Source: Mantamonas sphyraenae STR306 | Lineage: Eukaryota; Protista; CRuMs | Assembly (NCBI GenBank): GCA_026936335.1 | Contig: JAPMXV010000056.1 | Location: forward strand, 248,001 to 312,000 | Length of the DNA stretch: 64,000 nucleotides | Reading direction: 5' to 3' | In this document: in pieces, positions 1 through 10,903 of the stretch | Numbering within the stretch: position 1 is the first letter of the stretch | Layout of the letters: each line of letters begins with the position of its first letter | The notes under the pieces: generated by a model | Told to the model about the DNA's origin: nothing | Database searches by the model: none | What the model saw: only the letters and a program-made list of their open reading frames with translations | Position numbers and translations under genes: made by a program

Positions 1-2458
1 TGCGCTCCTCGCGGCCCATAAAGAATTCATCCTCTTCAAAGTCGCGAATCTTTTCGTAGGTGAGTGTGGATGGGGTGTCGGCGCGGAAATGGTCGTGGAG
101 CCGAAGCACCTGCAGCAGCTGTTTGCGCAGCACCATGCCCGAGTGGGTCTTGATTTCCTCCTCGCCGATGTGGTGGGTGTCCAGCACGGGGAAGCCGTTG
201 TGGTTGCAGCCGCGCAGGGTTTCCACAATGTCTCGCAGGCGGACCACGCGTTCCAGGCACACCACGGGCGAGTTCATCACGTCGCGCACGTAGAAGCACT
301 CCAGCTTTTGCACCACGGTGCTGTGGTCCAGGAATGGCACACACTTGATTTCCAGCAGCGCATGGTACAGCGAGTGCGTAGCAAAGTCGGCCACCCATTT
401 GGCCACCATCACCGCAAGCATCACGGGCAACAGGAAGCGAATGTCGTTGGAAATCTCCAACACAATCACCGTCAGCGAAATGGTCAATCGAGACACGCCG
501 CCAAAGAATGCCGCGGCACCCACCAGCGCAAACGCACCTGGATCCAGCCACTCCACAGCGGGCCACGTCTGACGCAGCGCAAGGCCCACCATGCGACCAA
601 ACGTGCCGCCAATGACCAGCATAGGCACCACCAGACCCGATGACACCGCACTGCCTGCCGTGTACATGGCAAACAGAAAGTAGACAATGAGGAACGGCGC
701 CAGGACGCCGTGGCTGAACATGCCCGTTGTCTGCCTGCTGAACAAGTGTCGAATGGCCACGTCGCCATTCACCATGCTCAACGAGCCCATTGGATTGTAC
801 TGCGACTCGCCCTCGCAGCCAAACGTGGACGCCGTGTCCGGTGTGGTGTTGTCGGCGTTGAGCGGGCCTGGAAACACGCGTTGCGTGCAACCCGACCACA
901 GGGGCATGTAGAAACTGATCGTGGAAAACAGCAGGATGATGAGCACAGTGTCCAGGATGCGCCGTTTGCGGTAGGGGACCACGTGCTTGGCACGCCAGCG
1001 CGTGATCTTCAGGTTGAAAAACGTAAACAGGGTGCCCAGCACGCCGCCCCCCAGCCCCACCAACAGCGTGGGAAACACCATCAGCGCATCCATGTTCACC
1101 GTTTCGTTGATCCCAAACAGGAGCACCACTTTGTCCGCAAAGAAGCCAAAGCGTTCCTGCGGCTCCCAGCTCACAAACGCCGTTTTCATCAGCTCAACCG
1201 TAAAGGTGGAGCACATGCAGCCAAAGAACAGCATCCAGGTCAGCTTTTGGTCCCAAAACGACGCCACTTCTTCCATCACAAACAGCAGTCCGCCGATGGG
1301 TGCCCCAAACGCTGCCGAAACGCCGCACGCCGCGCTACAACCATCCTCTCGAGTGTCAGCCTCCCCCAACGCAAACACACACATCACCCCATCCTTCTGC
1401 ATTGCATTGCAGCACCTACCCGCCTGTGATAAAGTCTCGCTTGTCCTTGGGGTTGCGAAAGTTGCGGAAAAAGTTGCCGTCAAAGCCAAGCGTCTTGGAG
1501 CGGCCCTGGGTAATGCCCGCGCCTGCACATACACACACACATACCCTCTCGTGTGTTAGCGTGGGATTGTACAGCGCGGCAAGGGGGCTGGGGAACAACA
1601 TACCCAGCGTTGCGCCCATGTGGATCATGGGACCTTCGGGGCCGACCGGCAACCCGGATGCCACGGCAAACACACACGACCAAAACTTGACCAGCAGGGT
1701 GTTGATGTTAAACACCTTGGGAATGTGGGTGCCGTTAAGATAGCCCATGACCTCTGTGCAGTGGGGGGGTGCGCACGACGAAAGGGATTTCGGGAGGGTC
1801 AGCAGCCGGCAGCCGAAGGAAGCAAAGGGCCTTTGCAGGGAAGCTCTGAGGCGGCGCAGGGGCAAATGACACACGTACCAGGCACACCAGAGCCTGCTGC
1901 ACTGGGCATGATGAGGACAACGAGACAAGTGGAAATGAGGACGCAGCAGAGGGAAATAAAAACGAAGATGAGGAGGCCCGTGAAGGCGCGGGAGGCAAAC
2001 TCGCCGAGGTCTCGGTCTTCCAGGACGGCGTTGGCGGCCTCGATGCGCTGATCGGCAATCCAGTCGATTGTGTTGCTGAGAAGGAAGGAGACCAGGCCAA
2101 TGGCTACGCCGAGAACACCAAAGGTGACCCATTTGTTGCGCAGGGAGGTCAGCGGGGCACGCGACTTGTACTCTTTGAAGAGCACCGTGTGGGGCTCAAA
2201 GTAGTCGATGGACTCAAACTTGGCCATGCGCTTCTTCTCAGCCCGTGTGAACTTGTGCGTCACGTCACTGGACTCAAAGTCGCGTCCCTTTTGCAAGAAG
2301 CCCAGCGAGTCGTCCTGGAACTTTGCCAGATCATCCAAGTTGGACGAGTCGGACACCGTCGAGTTGGACCGTTGTCGCAGCCGCAGTGGCGTGTCGTCGT
2401 CGTCGTCCAGCTCTGCGTACTGGCCCGAATGGCTCCTGTGGACAAAAACAACCATCAC
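1..2458 (-). CDS. CLC-family chloride channel/antiporter (CLC-6/7-like), multi-exon; C-terminal CBS region runs off the window start; start codon uncertain
   Basis: Spliced CLC signature motifs GSGVP|EVMGYLNG and GPEGPMIHMGA, FRNPKDKRDF, and N-terminal KFESIDY; further downstream GLVVPMLVIG and GGVSRLTISLTVIVLE; GT-AG introns near 1755-1877, 1525-1582 and 1338-1417. Confidence 0.9.
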
Positions 2459-2557
2459 AGGGGAATGTGTGAGTGAGGGGGAACGGAGATGTGCTGCAAG
2501 AACCGAGTTGTGACAACAAACATGGTTTGGATTTTGGGTTTGATTCGAGTGCGCAAG

Positions 2558-3612
2558 TCAATCATCCTCCTCGTCAAACTCAATGCTTGCCTTGCTGTTC
2601 GACTGCTTCCATTCTGTGTTGTCTGCGTCGGAAGTTTGTGAGTTGGACGTCCAGGCGGACGTCGAGGAGGAGGAGGAGGAGGAGGCAGAGGAGGAGGATC
2701 CTGAACCCGAGGATGCGGACGATGATGTCGACTTTGCATCGCCGACACTGGAGGATCGCTTGGAAAGATCCATTCCACCGAGGGCTTTCCAGCGCTTGGG
2801 GTCCCTGCTGAATTGCTTGACCTGCTTGTTTGCGGCCAGATCCAGCTGCAGGCGATTGCGGCAGAGAAAGCGCATCCACTGTTGAGTGGCCTGTGGGAGT
2901 CCCACTTCGGAAAAGGCATACTGCCAGTGGGGGATGCCAAGGTGCATGATCATGAGACGCACGTAGTCGGAGAAGGAGTCGGCCACAAACGTCCAACGCG
3001 CACTGTCGTCCTGAAACCAGACGCTGGGCTCGCTTGCGTTCTTGATGTAAAAGAAAGCGACGTGCCCGTCGAGACAGGAGGCATCCAGGTCAAAGGCAAC
3101 CACCGAGTTGCCCTCTACAAACTGGAAAAGGCGCGGTGGGGGGCGGTGGGGGGGGTGGGGGAGTCAGGTTAGCGGGACGCTTGTTCACGGCCAATCACCT
3201 CGCGCACGTACCAATTCATCTGTACAGCCGATGCCGCTGGGCATCTTTGTTTTCAGGCGCACGACCTGTGAGAGCGGGTTGAGGTGCATGCAACCCAGGG
3301 GCACGGTTTTGCCTGGACGCGCGCAAACCGGGGCTGGTCAGTTCTTGGCAAAGGGTTCTCCACTGTGGCAATGTCTCAAGGGCCACACGCACCGTTCCAC
3401 AGCACGTGCCAGCGCAATAATAATCCATCCGAGGTGGCGAGAAAGGTCTGAAAGTCGTCTGGGAGTTTGTAGGGGGCGTTTTGCGAGTGCCAATCATCCA
3501 ACTCGCTGGACTGGATGCCGTGGCGCTCAAAGTACTGCACACGGGACACGCCTGTATGGTTTTCCAAGTACCGGATGGCCTCGACAATGTTTTGCTGAAA
3601 AGCAGTGTCCAT
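2558..3612 (-). CDS. TPGS2: Tubulin polyglutamylase complex subunit 2 (SMI1/KNR4-like), 3 exons
   Basis: LPDDFQTFLATSDGLLLRW, VPLGCMHLNPL, PSVWFQD..W.FVADSFSDYVRLMIMHLGIPHWQYAFSEVGL match the TPGS2 family pattern. Confidence 0.8.
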
Positions 3613-3739
3613 GCAGAGGGGCAGTCGCGAGGAGGGGGTCGGGGGGAAGGCAAGCGGTTGTGTTGGCGGGGCTGGTGCATCGTAGCCATGGTCATCCTGA
3701 AACAATGATTCAAGTTGTGACACACATCATCCACACTCT

Positions 3740-6700
3740 TCAAACTCCTTCTTCATTTTCTTTTCCATCCTCCTTCTCTGCAGCTTCTCCAGATTCCTCC
3801 GTTCCGGCTCGCTCTCCGAGCAGCTCATCCAGATGCAGCTGCAGCTCCACAACCACCGCACGCAGTTCTTCCAACTCCTTACCAGATGACGACGATGACC
3901 CCATCCCGTTCATCTCCTCCAGTGTCTGTGCCACCATCGATCGCACTGCGTCCATGTCTGCTGTGCCCCCGGCCCTGTGGTTCACCTGCAGCTCAGTCAC
4001 CCAGCCCAGCAGCTGTGGATACTGGTTCGCAAGTGTCTTGATCGCCTGCCATGACTTGCCCAGCCGCCGTTCCATGCTGCCGACACGCTTCTCCATGTCC
4101 TTTCGCCACGCCTGCAGTTCCTTCAGTGCATCTTTGTCATCCAGCACGCGTCCATACAACAGCGCCTGGGTGTGAAGATCCTGGTTGTGCACCATGCACC
4201 ACCCACTGTCCTCCTTGTCTACCTCCACCAGCGCAGACACCTCCACACGCAACCCATGCTGCCCCCAGTCCATCCGCAACACCTCCTCCACCTTCTCACT
4301 GCCCACACACACGTGACACAGCGGGTAGCACCGCATGTTCCCAGACAGCCCGTCACACAGCCCGCTCTCGGCCGCCAGCCGTCGCACAAGCACCTCCACC
4401 TGGATCATCGTCTCTGCCACCCCACGCCACGAGTTTCGTGCCACCACCACGTCCATGTACCGTGTGTGTGGCTCATGCACAACCACGATGTGCGGTGCAT
4501 CCATGGGCCACACGTGCATCCAGTTGGTGTGCACACGCTCGGCCTTGATTCCTCCTGGGTATGCCTCAATCAGCCGCACCTGCACCAGATTGAACAGCGC
4601 AGGTGGCAGCATGTGCCACTTCTCTGCCTGCCATGCTTCATCCAGCTGTGCGACTGCGTCTGTTTGCATCCCATCCACCACCCACACAAACCGCCTCCCA
4701 ATCCGACACCCGTTCCCTGCCATCCACTCCACAGGCAGCTCCATCTCCACCGTCCGCAGAAACGGAAACACAAGCGTGTCTTCACCCACGCGTGCACACA
4801 TCTCCACCTCACACAGCAGCTCCAGCAGCATATCCGCCACACCATCTTCCCCACCACCACCACCTCCTTGTCCCCATAGCTCCCCATGCAGCTCAGCAAC
4901 CTGCTCCCGCAATCCATCATCCCATTTCACCAGCCCATGGTGCTTCCCCTCTGCAATTTGCTTCCCTTTGTCCAGCCCCTGCACCTCTGCACCGCTCACA
5001 AAACCTCCCATCAGCTTTGCCAGCCACACAGGGTCCACCACAACCACCCCTGACCCTCTGTGCCACACCACCTCTTGCATGTGGTGCAGTTCCTCCAGCG
5101 ATGAATGAAAGATCCGCCCGCTCTTGCTCGGAAAGTGCTCCCGGATCTCCTCATTCCCCTTCACCATCGCCTCGAGTTCCTCTTCACGCATCCACGGCTG
5201 CTCCATCCCGCCACTCTCCCGCAGTCCCTGCACATACTTCTGCAGCTCCACTGTCCCGCGTGGCACCATCCTGTCCTCTGCCAGTGCCACACTCGCTTCC
5301 TCCAGACTGCCCAACAGCCCATCCACGTTGCCCTTCCACACATCTCCATCCACCACAAACACTCCCTTCTTAGCATCCATCCGCAGCTGCTCGTACCTCT
5401 TGCTCTCCTTCCACGCTTCCACCCACCCTTGCACCATCCCACGTGCCTCCTCCCGATCCATCCTCTCCCCCACCTTCACCTTCTCTCCTAGATCTGCATG
5501 CGTCACCACAAACCACATCTGCGGCTTCTTCTTCCCTGCCACCTTGGATGCCACCTTGCTTGCCACCATGTCCAGCCACACCTCCAGCTCCCCACGTGCT
5601 GCCTCCATGTCCACCCTGTGCCCACCTGCCACCGCATCCCACGCCACCATCGATGCCACCAGCACAAACACCCCGCCCTGGCCCATCAACAGGTACTGGT
5701 GGCCCACCCAGTACTCTGCCTGGCCGCCATAGTCACTGATGCGCACACGTACATCCCCACCCTTCAGATCAAACTCATACACATCCATGCTGTGTGTGGC
5801 ATCCGTCGTCCTCTCCACACTGTCCAGCTTGCGTTTGGCTATGCGCCACCTGAACAACACCTTGCCCCACTCTCCCCACGAGCTATTCCGCTTCATCGTG
5901 TCAATCAACGTCGTCTTGCCTTGCCCACCATGTCCAAGGACCATCCAGTTCACCCATTCCCATGCAGTGTCCATCCTTCCCAGATACTCCACCACTGCCT
6001 GCGCTCCCTTCTTCACCACAAACCCAGGCACATCGTCCAACGCTTCGTCATGTTCCAGCAGCAAGTTTTTCAGCTTCCCCAGCTTCCCCATTGCTTGTCT
6101 GGGTAACAAGCTGATGCCCGATCTGCGCAGATCCAGCACACGCAGCTCCACACACATGCCAATCTCCTCAGGCAGCTCTGACACACCGCTGTCACTCCCA
6201 GCCACCAAACACAGCGCCTGGGCTTGGATGCAGCGATCAGAGGACAGCTCATCAGCCAACTGCTGCGAGGTGGTGAACGACACAAGGCCATCCCGCTCAG
6301 CCCAGGCACCCAGCATGGTCAGATGTGTCGACGGATGCCTGCTTGCGGCGATGTCGAGTGGAGACTTGCCATTCTTGGCTTTGACAGTGACATCTGCACC
6401 ACGTGCGATGAGAAGCGTTGTCGTCTCTGTGTGCCCATTCTGTGCTGCAATGTACAACGGTGTCCACCCCTTCTCTGTTGCCTTGTCCACCTCGGCTCCC
6501 CTGTCCACCAGCATCGTCGCCGTCTCTGTGTGCCCCTCCTGTGCTGCAATGTACAACGGTGTCCACCCGTCCTCGTCCGGCTTGTCCACCTCTGCTCCCC
6601 TGACCAGCAGCATCGCCGCCGTCTCTGTGTGTCCGTTCCGTGCTGCAATGTGCAACGGTGTCCACCCGTACTTCTGCGCCTTGTCCACCTCTGCTCCCCT

Positions 6701-7858
6701 GTCCATCAGCATCGTCGCCGTCTCTGTGTGCCCCTCCTGTGCTGTAATGTACAACGGCGTCCACCCGTTCACGTCCGGCTTGTCCACCTCTGCTCCCCTG
6801 TCCAGCAGCATCGTCGCCGTCTGTGTGTGCCCATTCTGTGCTGCAATGTACAAGGGTGTGGTCCCAGTCTTCTGCGCCTTGTCCACCTCTGCTCCCCTGT
6901 CAAGCAGCATCGTCGCCGTCTCTGTGTGCCCATTCAGTGCTGCAATGAGCAACGGCGTCCACCCGTCCTCCTTCGCCTTGTCCACCTCTGCTCCCCTGTC
7001 AAGCAGCATCGTTGCCGTCTCTGTGTGCCCCTTCTGTGCTGCAATGTACAACGGTGTCCACCCCTTCTCTGTTGCCTTGTCCACCTCTGCTCCCCTGTCA
7101 AGCAGCATCGTCGCCGTCTCTGTGTGCCCATTCTGTGCTGCAATGTACAAGGGTGTGGCCCCGTCCTTCTCCGCCTTGTCCACCTCTGCTCCTCTGTCAA
7201 GCAGCATCGTCGCCGTCTCTGTGTGCCCGTTCAGTGCTGCAATGAGCAACGGCGTCCACCCGTCCTTCTCCGCCTTGTCCACTTCTGCTCCCCTGTCCAC
7301 CAGCATCGTCGCGGTCTCTGTGTGCCCGTTCAGTGCTGCAACGAGCAACGGCGTCCACCCGTCCTTCTCCGCCTTGTCCACCTCTGCTCCCCTGTCCACC
7401 AGCATCGTTGCCGTCTCTGTGTGCCCCTTCTGTGCTGCAATGAGCAACGGCGTCCACCCGTCCTCCTTCGCCTTGTCCACCTCTGCTCCCCTGTCAAGCA
7501 GCATCGTCGCCGTCTCTGTGTGCCCATTCTGTGCTGCAATGTACAAGGGTGTGGCCCCAGTCTTCTGCGCCTTGTCCACCTCTGCTCCCCTGTCCACCAG
7601 CATCATCACTGTCTCTGTGTGTCCGTTCTGTGCTGCAATGTACAACGGTGTACACCCGTCCTCGTCCGCCTTGTCCACCTCTGCTCCCCTGTCCAGCAGC
7701 ATCGTCGCCGCCTCCGTGATTCCCTCCCGACCCGCCACCATCAACGCCGTCCACCCAGCCCCATTCAATTCGTTCACATCTGCACCCCCCTCAATCAACT
7801 TTGTCATTGCACTCACAGCACCCTTCTCCACTGCCCCAATCAGCTCTGTGCTGCTCAT
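3740..7858 (-). CDS. Roco protein: ~15-16 ankyrin repeats, short LRR, Roc GTPase, COR, C-terminal coiled coil (1372 aa, intronless)
   Basis: TPLxIAAxxGHTETATMLLDRGAEVD repeats; LRR (LRVLDLRRSGISLLP); P-loop GHGGQGKTT; switch II DYGGQAEYWVGHQYLL; G4 VVTHAD; COR motif VVVDPVWL. Confidence 0.88.
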   Translation of the reverse strand: MSSTELIGAVEKGAVSAMTKLIEGGADVNELNGAGWTALMVAGREGITEAATMLLDRGAEVDKADEDGCTPLYIAAQNGHTETVMMLVDRGAEVDKAQKTGATPLYIAAQNGHTETATMLLDRGAEVDKAKEDGWTPLLIAAQKGHTETATMLVDRGAEVDKAEKDGWTPLLVAALNGHTETATMLVDRGAEVDKAEKDGWTPLLIAALNGHTETATMLLDRGAEVDKAEKDGATPLYIAAQNGHTETATMLLDRGAEVDKATEKGWTPLYIAAQKGHTETATMLLDRGAEVDKAKEDGWTPLLIAALNGHTETATMLLDRGAEVDKAQKTGTTPLYIAAQNGHTQTATMLLDRGAEVDKPDVNGWTPLYITAQEGHTETATMLMDRGAEVDKAQKYGWTPLHIAARNGHTETAAMLLVRGAEVDKPDEDGWTPLYIAAQEGHTETATMLVDRGAEVDKATEKGWTPLYIAAQNGHTETTTLLIARGADVTVKAKNGKSPLDIAASRHPSTHLTMLGAWAERDGLVSFTTSQQLADELSSDRCIQAQALCLVAGSDSGVSELPEEIGMCVELRVLDLRRSGISLLPRQAMGKLGKLKNLLLEHDEALDDVPGFVVKKGAQAVVEYLGRMDTAWEWVNWMVLGHGGQGKTTLIDTMKRNSSWGEWGKVLFRWRIAKRKLDSVERTTDATHSMDVYEFDLKGGDVRVRISDYGGQAEYWVGHQYLLMGQGGVFVLVASMVAWDAVAGGHRVDMEAARGELEVWLDMVASKVASKVAGKKKPQMWFVVTHADLGEKVKVGERMDREEARGMVQGWVEAWKESKRYEQLRMDAKKGVFVVDGDVWKGNVDGLLGSLEEASVALAEDRMVPRGTVELQKYVQGLRESGGMEQPWMREEELEAMVKGNEEIREHFPSKSGRIFHSSLEELHHMQEVVWHRGSGVVVVDPVWLAKLMGGFVSGAEVQGLDKGKQIAEGKHHGLVKWDDGLREQVAELHGELWGQGGGGGGEDGVADMLLELLCEVEMCARVGEDTLVFPFLRTVEMELPVEWMAGNGCRIGRRFVWVVDGMQTDAVAQLDEAWQAEKWHMLPPALFNLVQVRLIEAYPGGIKAERVHTNWMHVWPMDAPHIVVVHEPHTRYMDVVVARNSWRGVAETMIQVEVLVRRLAAESGLCDGLSGNMRCYPLCHVCVGSEKVEEVLRMDWGQHGLRVEVSALVEVDKEDSGWCMVHNQDLHTQALLYGRVLDDKDALKELQAWRKDMEKRVGSMERRLGKSWQAIKTLANQYPQLLGWVTELQVNHRAGGTADMDAVRSMVAQTLEEMNGMGSSSSSGKELEELRAVVVELQLHLDELLGERAGTEESGEAAEKEDGKENEEGV
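6420..7700 (-). repeat. Near-identical 99-bp tandem repeat (~13 units) encoding ankyrin repeats
   Basis: The unit ...ttgtccacctctgctcccctgtc.a.cagcatcgtcgccgtctctgtgtgccc... recurs every 99 bp. Confidence 0.95.
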
Positions 7859-7859
7859 T

Positions 7860-8260
7860 CTCCCCTTCGCCCCACACGTCAGCTCTTCTCACCTCCAACC
7901 TCCCCAATAAACCCCACCCCCCACCCCCACCCCCACCCCATCACCCACTCCTTTCACAGAAACCACCGTCCCCTCACCTTTCACAATCAGATTGCCTCTC
8001 CCGCCGCACCCTCCAGTTTCCTTCTCCCACCCTCACCCCTTCCCTCCCATTCCCAATCACACCACCCCCACCATTACCCATCCCCACTCTTCCCTCCTCC
8101 CCCATGACCCCTTCCCCTAGCCCACACATCCCTTCCCGTCCCTATGGCACCGACGCCATTCTCCACTCCACCCACCCACCCCTTTCCCAATGGATTCCAC
8201 CGCCTCCACTTTCACCGCACCTCTGCCTTTCATCATGTCCCTCAGAACTCCTAGCCCCCC
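7860..8260. other. Strongly C-rich (G-rich on minus strand) non-coding tract upstream of the ankyrin-Roco gene
   Basis: Runs such as ccccacccccacccccacccccacccca with very few G on the plus strand. Confidence 0.6.
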
Positions 8261-8520
8261 CCCGCATGCACGTCAGCCCCACATGGGCCAGTGTCCAACT
8301 CAAAACACCCACTCACATCATCCTCCTGCCCTGCCAACCGTACACACGTGTCCATGTCACCATTCTCCACCTCTGTCATCGTCCCTCTCAAGTCCCGCAC
8401 GATGACGGCAGCCTGCTTGCATCCAACGTGCGGCAGGCTGGAACACGCTGCCAGGACCCTACGCACCAAACCAAAGGCACCACCTGCGACTGAGCGTTTT
8501 ACAGTCTTTACATTCACAGC

Positions 8521-9537
8521 TCACTCTGACCTCACCGCGCCATAGCTTTTCCCTGGTGCCGTCGCTGTCGTCCGCCGCTGCACCTGCCACCATTGCTCGG
8601 CATGGACAAACAGGGCAACCACCGCTGTGCCTGCCGCAAGCCACAAAATCGTCGCTGACAAACTCAACACCCACTGTTCCGTTTCAACATACAGTTGCAT
8701 GTCAAACCGGTCGCTGACGGGCAAAACACTGATCACAACCCCGCCCGCAACAAACCACAGCACCAGCCCACCCACCACACCACACAGGGTCAGGAACGAC
8801 CACATGGGTGGACCCCACACCAATGCAACGACTTGGCTGACAAACGGCAGGCATGTCCCCACCAGCAGAGCAATCGCAAACTCCCCCCACGATCCACGCT
8901 GACGATTGTGAGCTGCGTCCTTGCTGTGTTTCCGCGACCTCTCCATGATCCATCGGATCAATGAGCGAAGAACAGGGTGTGCAGCAAGCAGAGACCCAGC
9001 CAGCGAGATCACACGCAGCGCCGCCTGCACAAACACTTCCTGCACCACCTGCACCTCCTTGGTCAGGTCACTCACGCTCACTTCCGTGTCCAAAGTGTCA
9101 AAGTGGCCGATAGTGATCGGTGGGTTGCGCAGTTGCATGGCCCATCCATGGATGGGTTCCTCCGAGTCACGGTTGGACACCAGCAGCGTCGAAGCCATGC
9201 CAAGCTTGCTGCCCGGCAGCACGTAGTCGACACATCGCACTGTAGACGCCAGATAGTGACGTGCAAGCAGTACGGTGCTGTCTGGGAACAACGGGCTGGT
9301 ATCCATCGGCACATCGGCATCCACGGCAGAGTCCATCCGCAACGAGACACTCGGCTGGCAGTTTTGCGGCCGGTGGAACCCGAGCACCAGCTTCGGGCTT
9401 TCCTGTTGCGCTGACACCACGTCTCCCGTCCACCAGCCTGACACGAGACACACCGGAGCTCCTTGTCTGGGAACGGCTTGCATTGTGGCGTTTACCACCG
9501 CGTGTGAGCCCAGCTGCGCTGTGGGCTTCAACACCAT
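8521..9537 (-). CDS. Hypothetical membrane protein with ~3-4 C-terminal hydrophobic helices
   Basis: 338-aa ATG ORF filling an otherwise empty interval; hydrophobic segments (FAIALLVGTCLPFV..., WSFLTLCGVVGGLVLWFV, WVLSLSATILWLAAG); no family recognised. Confidence 0.5.
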   Translation of the reverse strand: MVLKPTAQLGSHAVVNATMQAVPRQGAPVCLVSGWWTGDVVSAQQESPKLVLGFHRPQNCQPSVSLRMDSAVDADVPMDTSPLFPDSTVLLARHYLASTVRCVDYVLPGSKLGMASTLLVSNRDSEEPIHGWAMQLRNPPITIGHFDTLDTEVSVSDLTKEVQVVQEVFVQAALRVISLAGSLLAAHPVLRSLIRWIMERSRKHSKDAAHNRQRGSWGEFAIALLVGTCLPFVSQVVALVWGPPMWSFLTLCGVVGGLVLWFVAGGVVISVLPVSDRFDMQLYVETEQWVLSLSATILWLAAGTAVVALFVHAEQWWQVQRRTTATAPGKSYGAVRSE

Positions 9538-9640
9538 ATACTACAAGTGCTGAGCTATCCAGCATTCAATGAACAATCACTGTGTGTGCAGATTGCAGCC
9601 CAGTTGAATCCCCCCAGCCGACACAAGCGTAACCGTCGAA

Positions 9641-10678
9641 ATGTCGCACCACCACCCGCATGGCGGCGGCAACCAACACCCGCGTGACTACCATCCATAC
9701 CGACGGGATGGACGGGAGCGGGATCGGGATCGGGATCGGGACCGGGATAGGGATAGGGATCGCGGCGGGTATGAACGTGACCGTGACTACGACCGCCGGT
9801 ACGAGCGCGGCCATGGAGGGCACCGCAGCCATGGAGGACACGCAAACAGTTACCGGGGAAGCGGGCAGGAATACGTGGACATGAATGCCGGAGGGAGGGG
9901 CAGCTACGCTGGAGGGTATGGTCAGCAGCAAGGGCAGCAGCAACAGCAGGTGCAAGGGCACTCCTCACAGCCCAAGTCACGTTCCAGTGCAATGGCAGCA
10001 GCACAGGCGGCGGCACAGGCGGCGGCCAACCGACTGGCCAAGCGCGCATCATCGTCGTCCATGGTATCGTCGTCCAGCGGGGCTGGAGAGGGTGGACCGC
10101 CACGCAGCAGCATGCTGGGACACGGCCCGCGCTCGATGTCGCAGACCTCGGTTGCTTCCGTGTCCTCCACAGGCTCCGTGGCATCCAACACATCGCAGGC
10201 GGGCAGTCTGTCGCACGATCGTATGCAGATGGACGCTCAGGCGCAGGGCAGCGCGCTGCTTCGCTCGCTTTCCGCCTCTTCAGTAGGCTCCACAGGCTCC
10301 GCAAGTGGACGGGACCCACACGTAGGCCAGCCACAGGGGCGCCAGGAGCAGCGTCCGGCATACATGGGACAAGTGACGCAGTCGCCGTCCATGTCGTCCA
10401 TGAAGGCGCTCACAAGTCAGGACAGCACATCAGGCGTCTCGCCAGCTGCGCCCACTCGGCTGCCCGAGTCGCGTCGACCACCCAACAACCTGGCTCGTGC
10501 CAAGTTTGACAACTCATGGCAGTACCTGGACTACCTGGACACGTTGGTGCGGTACGCCAAACAGGACTACAACGACCGCATGGCGCGTGCAATCGACTTG
10601 CGTCTCGCCACCACAGCTGCCCAAGCCAACCTCGCTGCCGCCGACGCGCGCATCGGGGCAATCCGACTTCGATTGTGA
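9641..10678 (+). CDS. Hypothetical low-complexity protein (RD dipeptide repeat, Q/S-rich, helical C-terminus)
   Basis: 345-aa ORF with host-like codon usage; RDRDRD from (GGGATC)n near 9719-9762; ordered C-terminus KFDNSWQYLDYLDTLVRYAKQDY. Confidence 0.65.
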   Translation: MSHHHPHGGGNQHPRDYHPYRRDGRERDRDRDRDRDRDRDRGGYERDRDYDRRYERGHGGHRSHGGHANSYRGSGQEYVDMNAGGRGSYAGGYGQQQGQQQQQVQGHSSQPKSRSSAMAAAQAAAQAAANRLAKRASSSSMVSSSSGAGEGGPPRSSMLGHGPRSMSQTSVASVSSTGSVASNTSQAGSLSHDRMQMDAQAQGSALLRSLSASSVGSTGSASGRDPHVGQPQGRQEQRPAYMGQVTQSPSMSSMKALTSQDSTSGVSPAAPTRLPESRRPPNNLARAKFDNSWQYLDYLDTLVRYAKQDYNDRMARAIDLRLATTAAQANLAAADARIGAIRLRL

Positions 10679-10903
10679 GGCTGCCTCCCCATCCACCATA
10701 CACACTCTTCTGTATAACATGTCCAAAATGCACATGCACACGCACCTTTGTTTGTCTGACGGCGCCGTCTGCACACCGTTCGCTCACACGTCACACGTCG
10801 CGTGTCTTGCGCGCCAATTCGGATTTTTTCCCGCGCACACTCTTCTTGCCTTTGCACACTCGGCATGCAGCACATCCCCAACCCCGAACCCCCCTGGTTG
10901 ACC

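Noticed and set aside
6420-7700. Regular repeat with variable segments resembling a CRISPR array
   Set aside because: The period is exactly 99 bp, in frame, and encodes ankyrin repeats; the variable parts are not unique spacers and there are no cas genes
5739-8107. Long plus-strand ORFs (723 aa, 627 aa) and similar long antisense ORFs elsewhere (e.g. 11697-13568, 42132-43880, 49045-51273, 51750-53849)
   Set aside because: Shadow frames of real genes, caused by high GC and codon bias; no independent motifs
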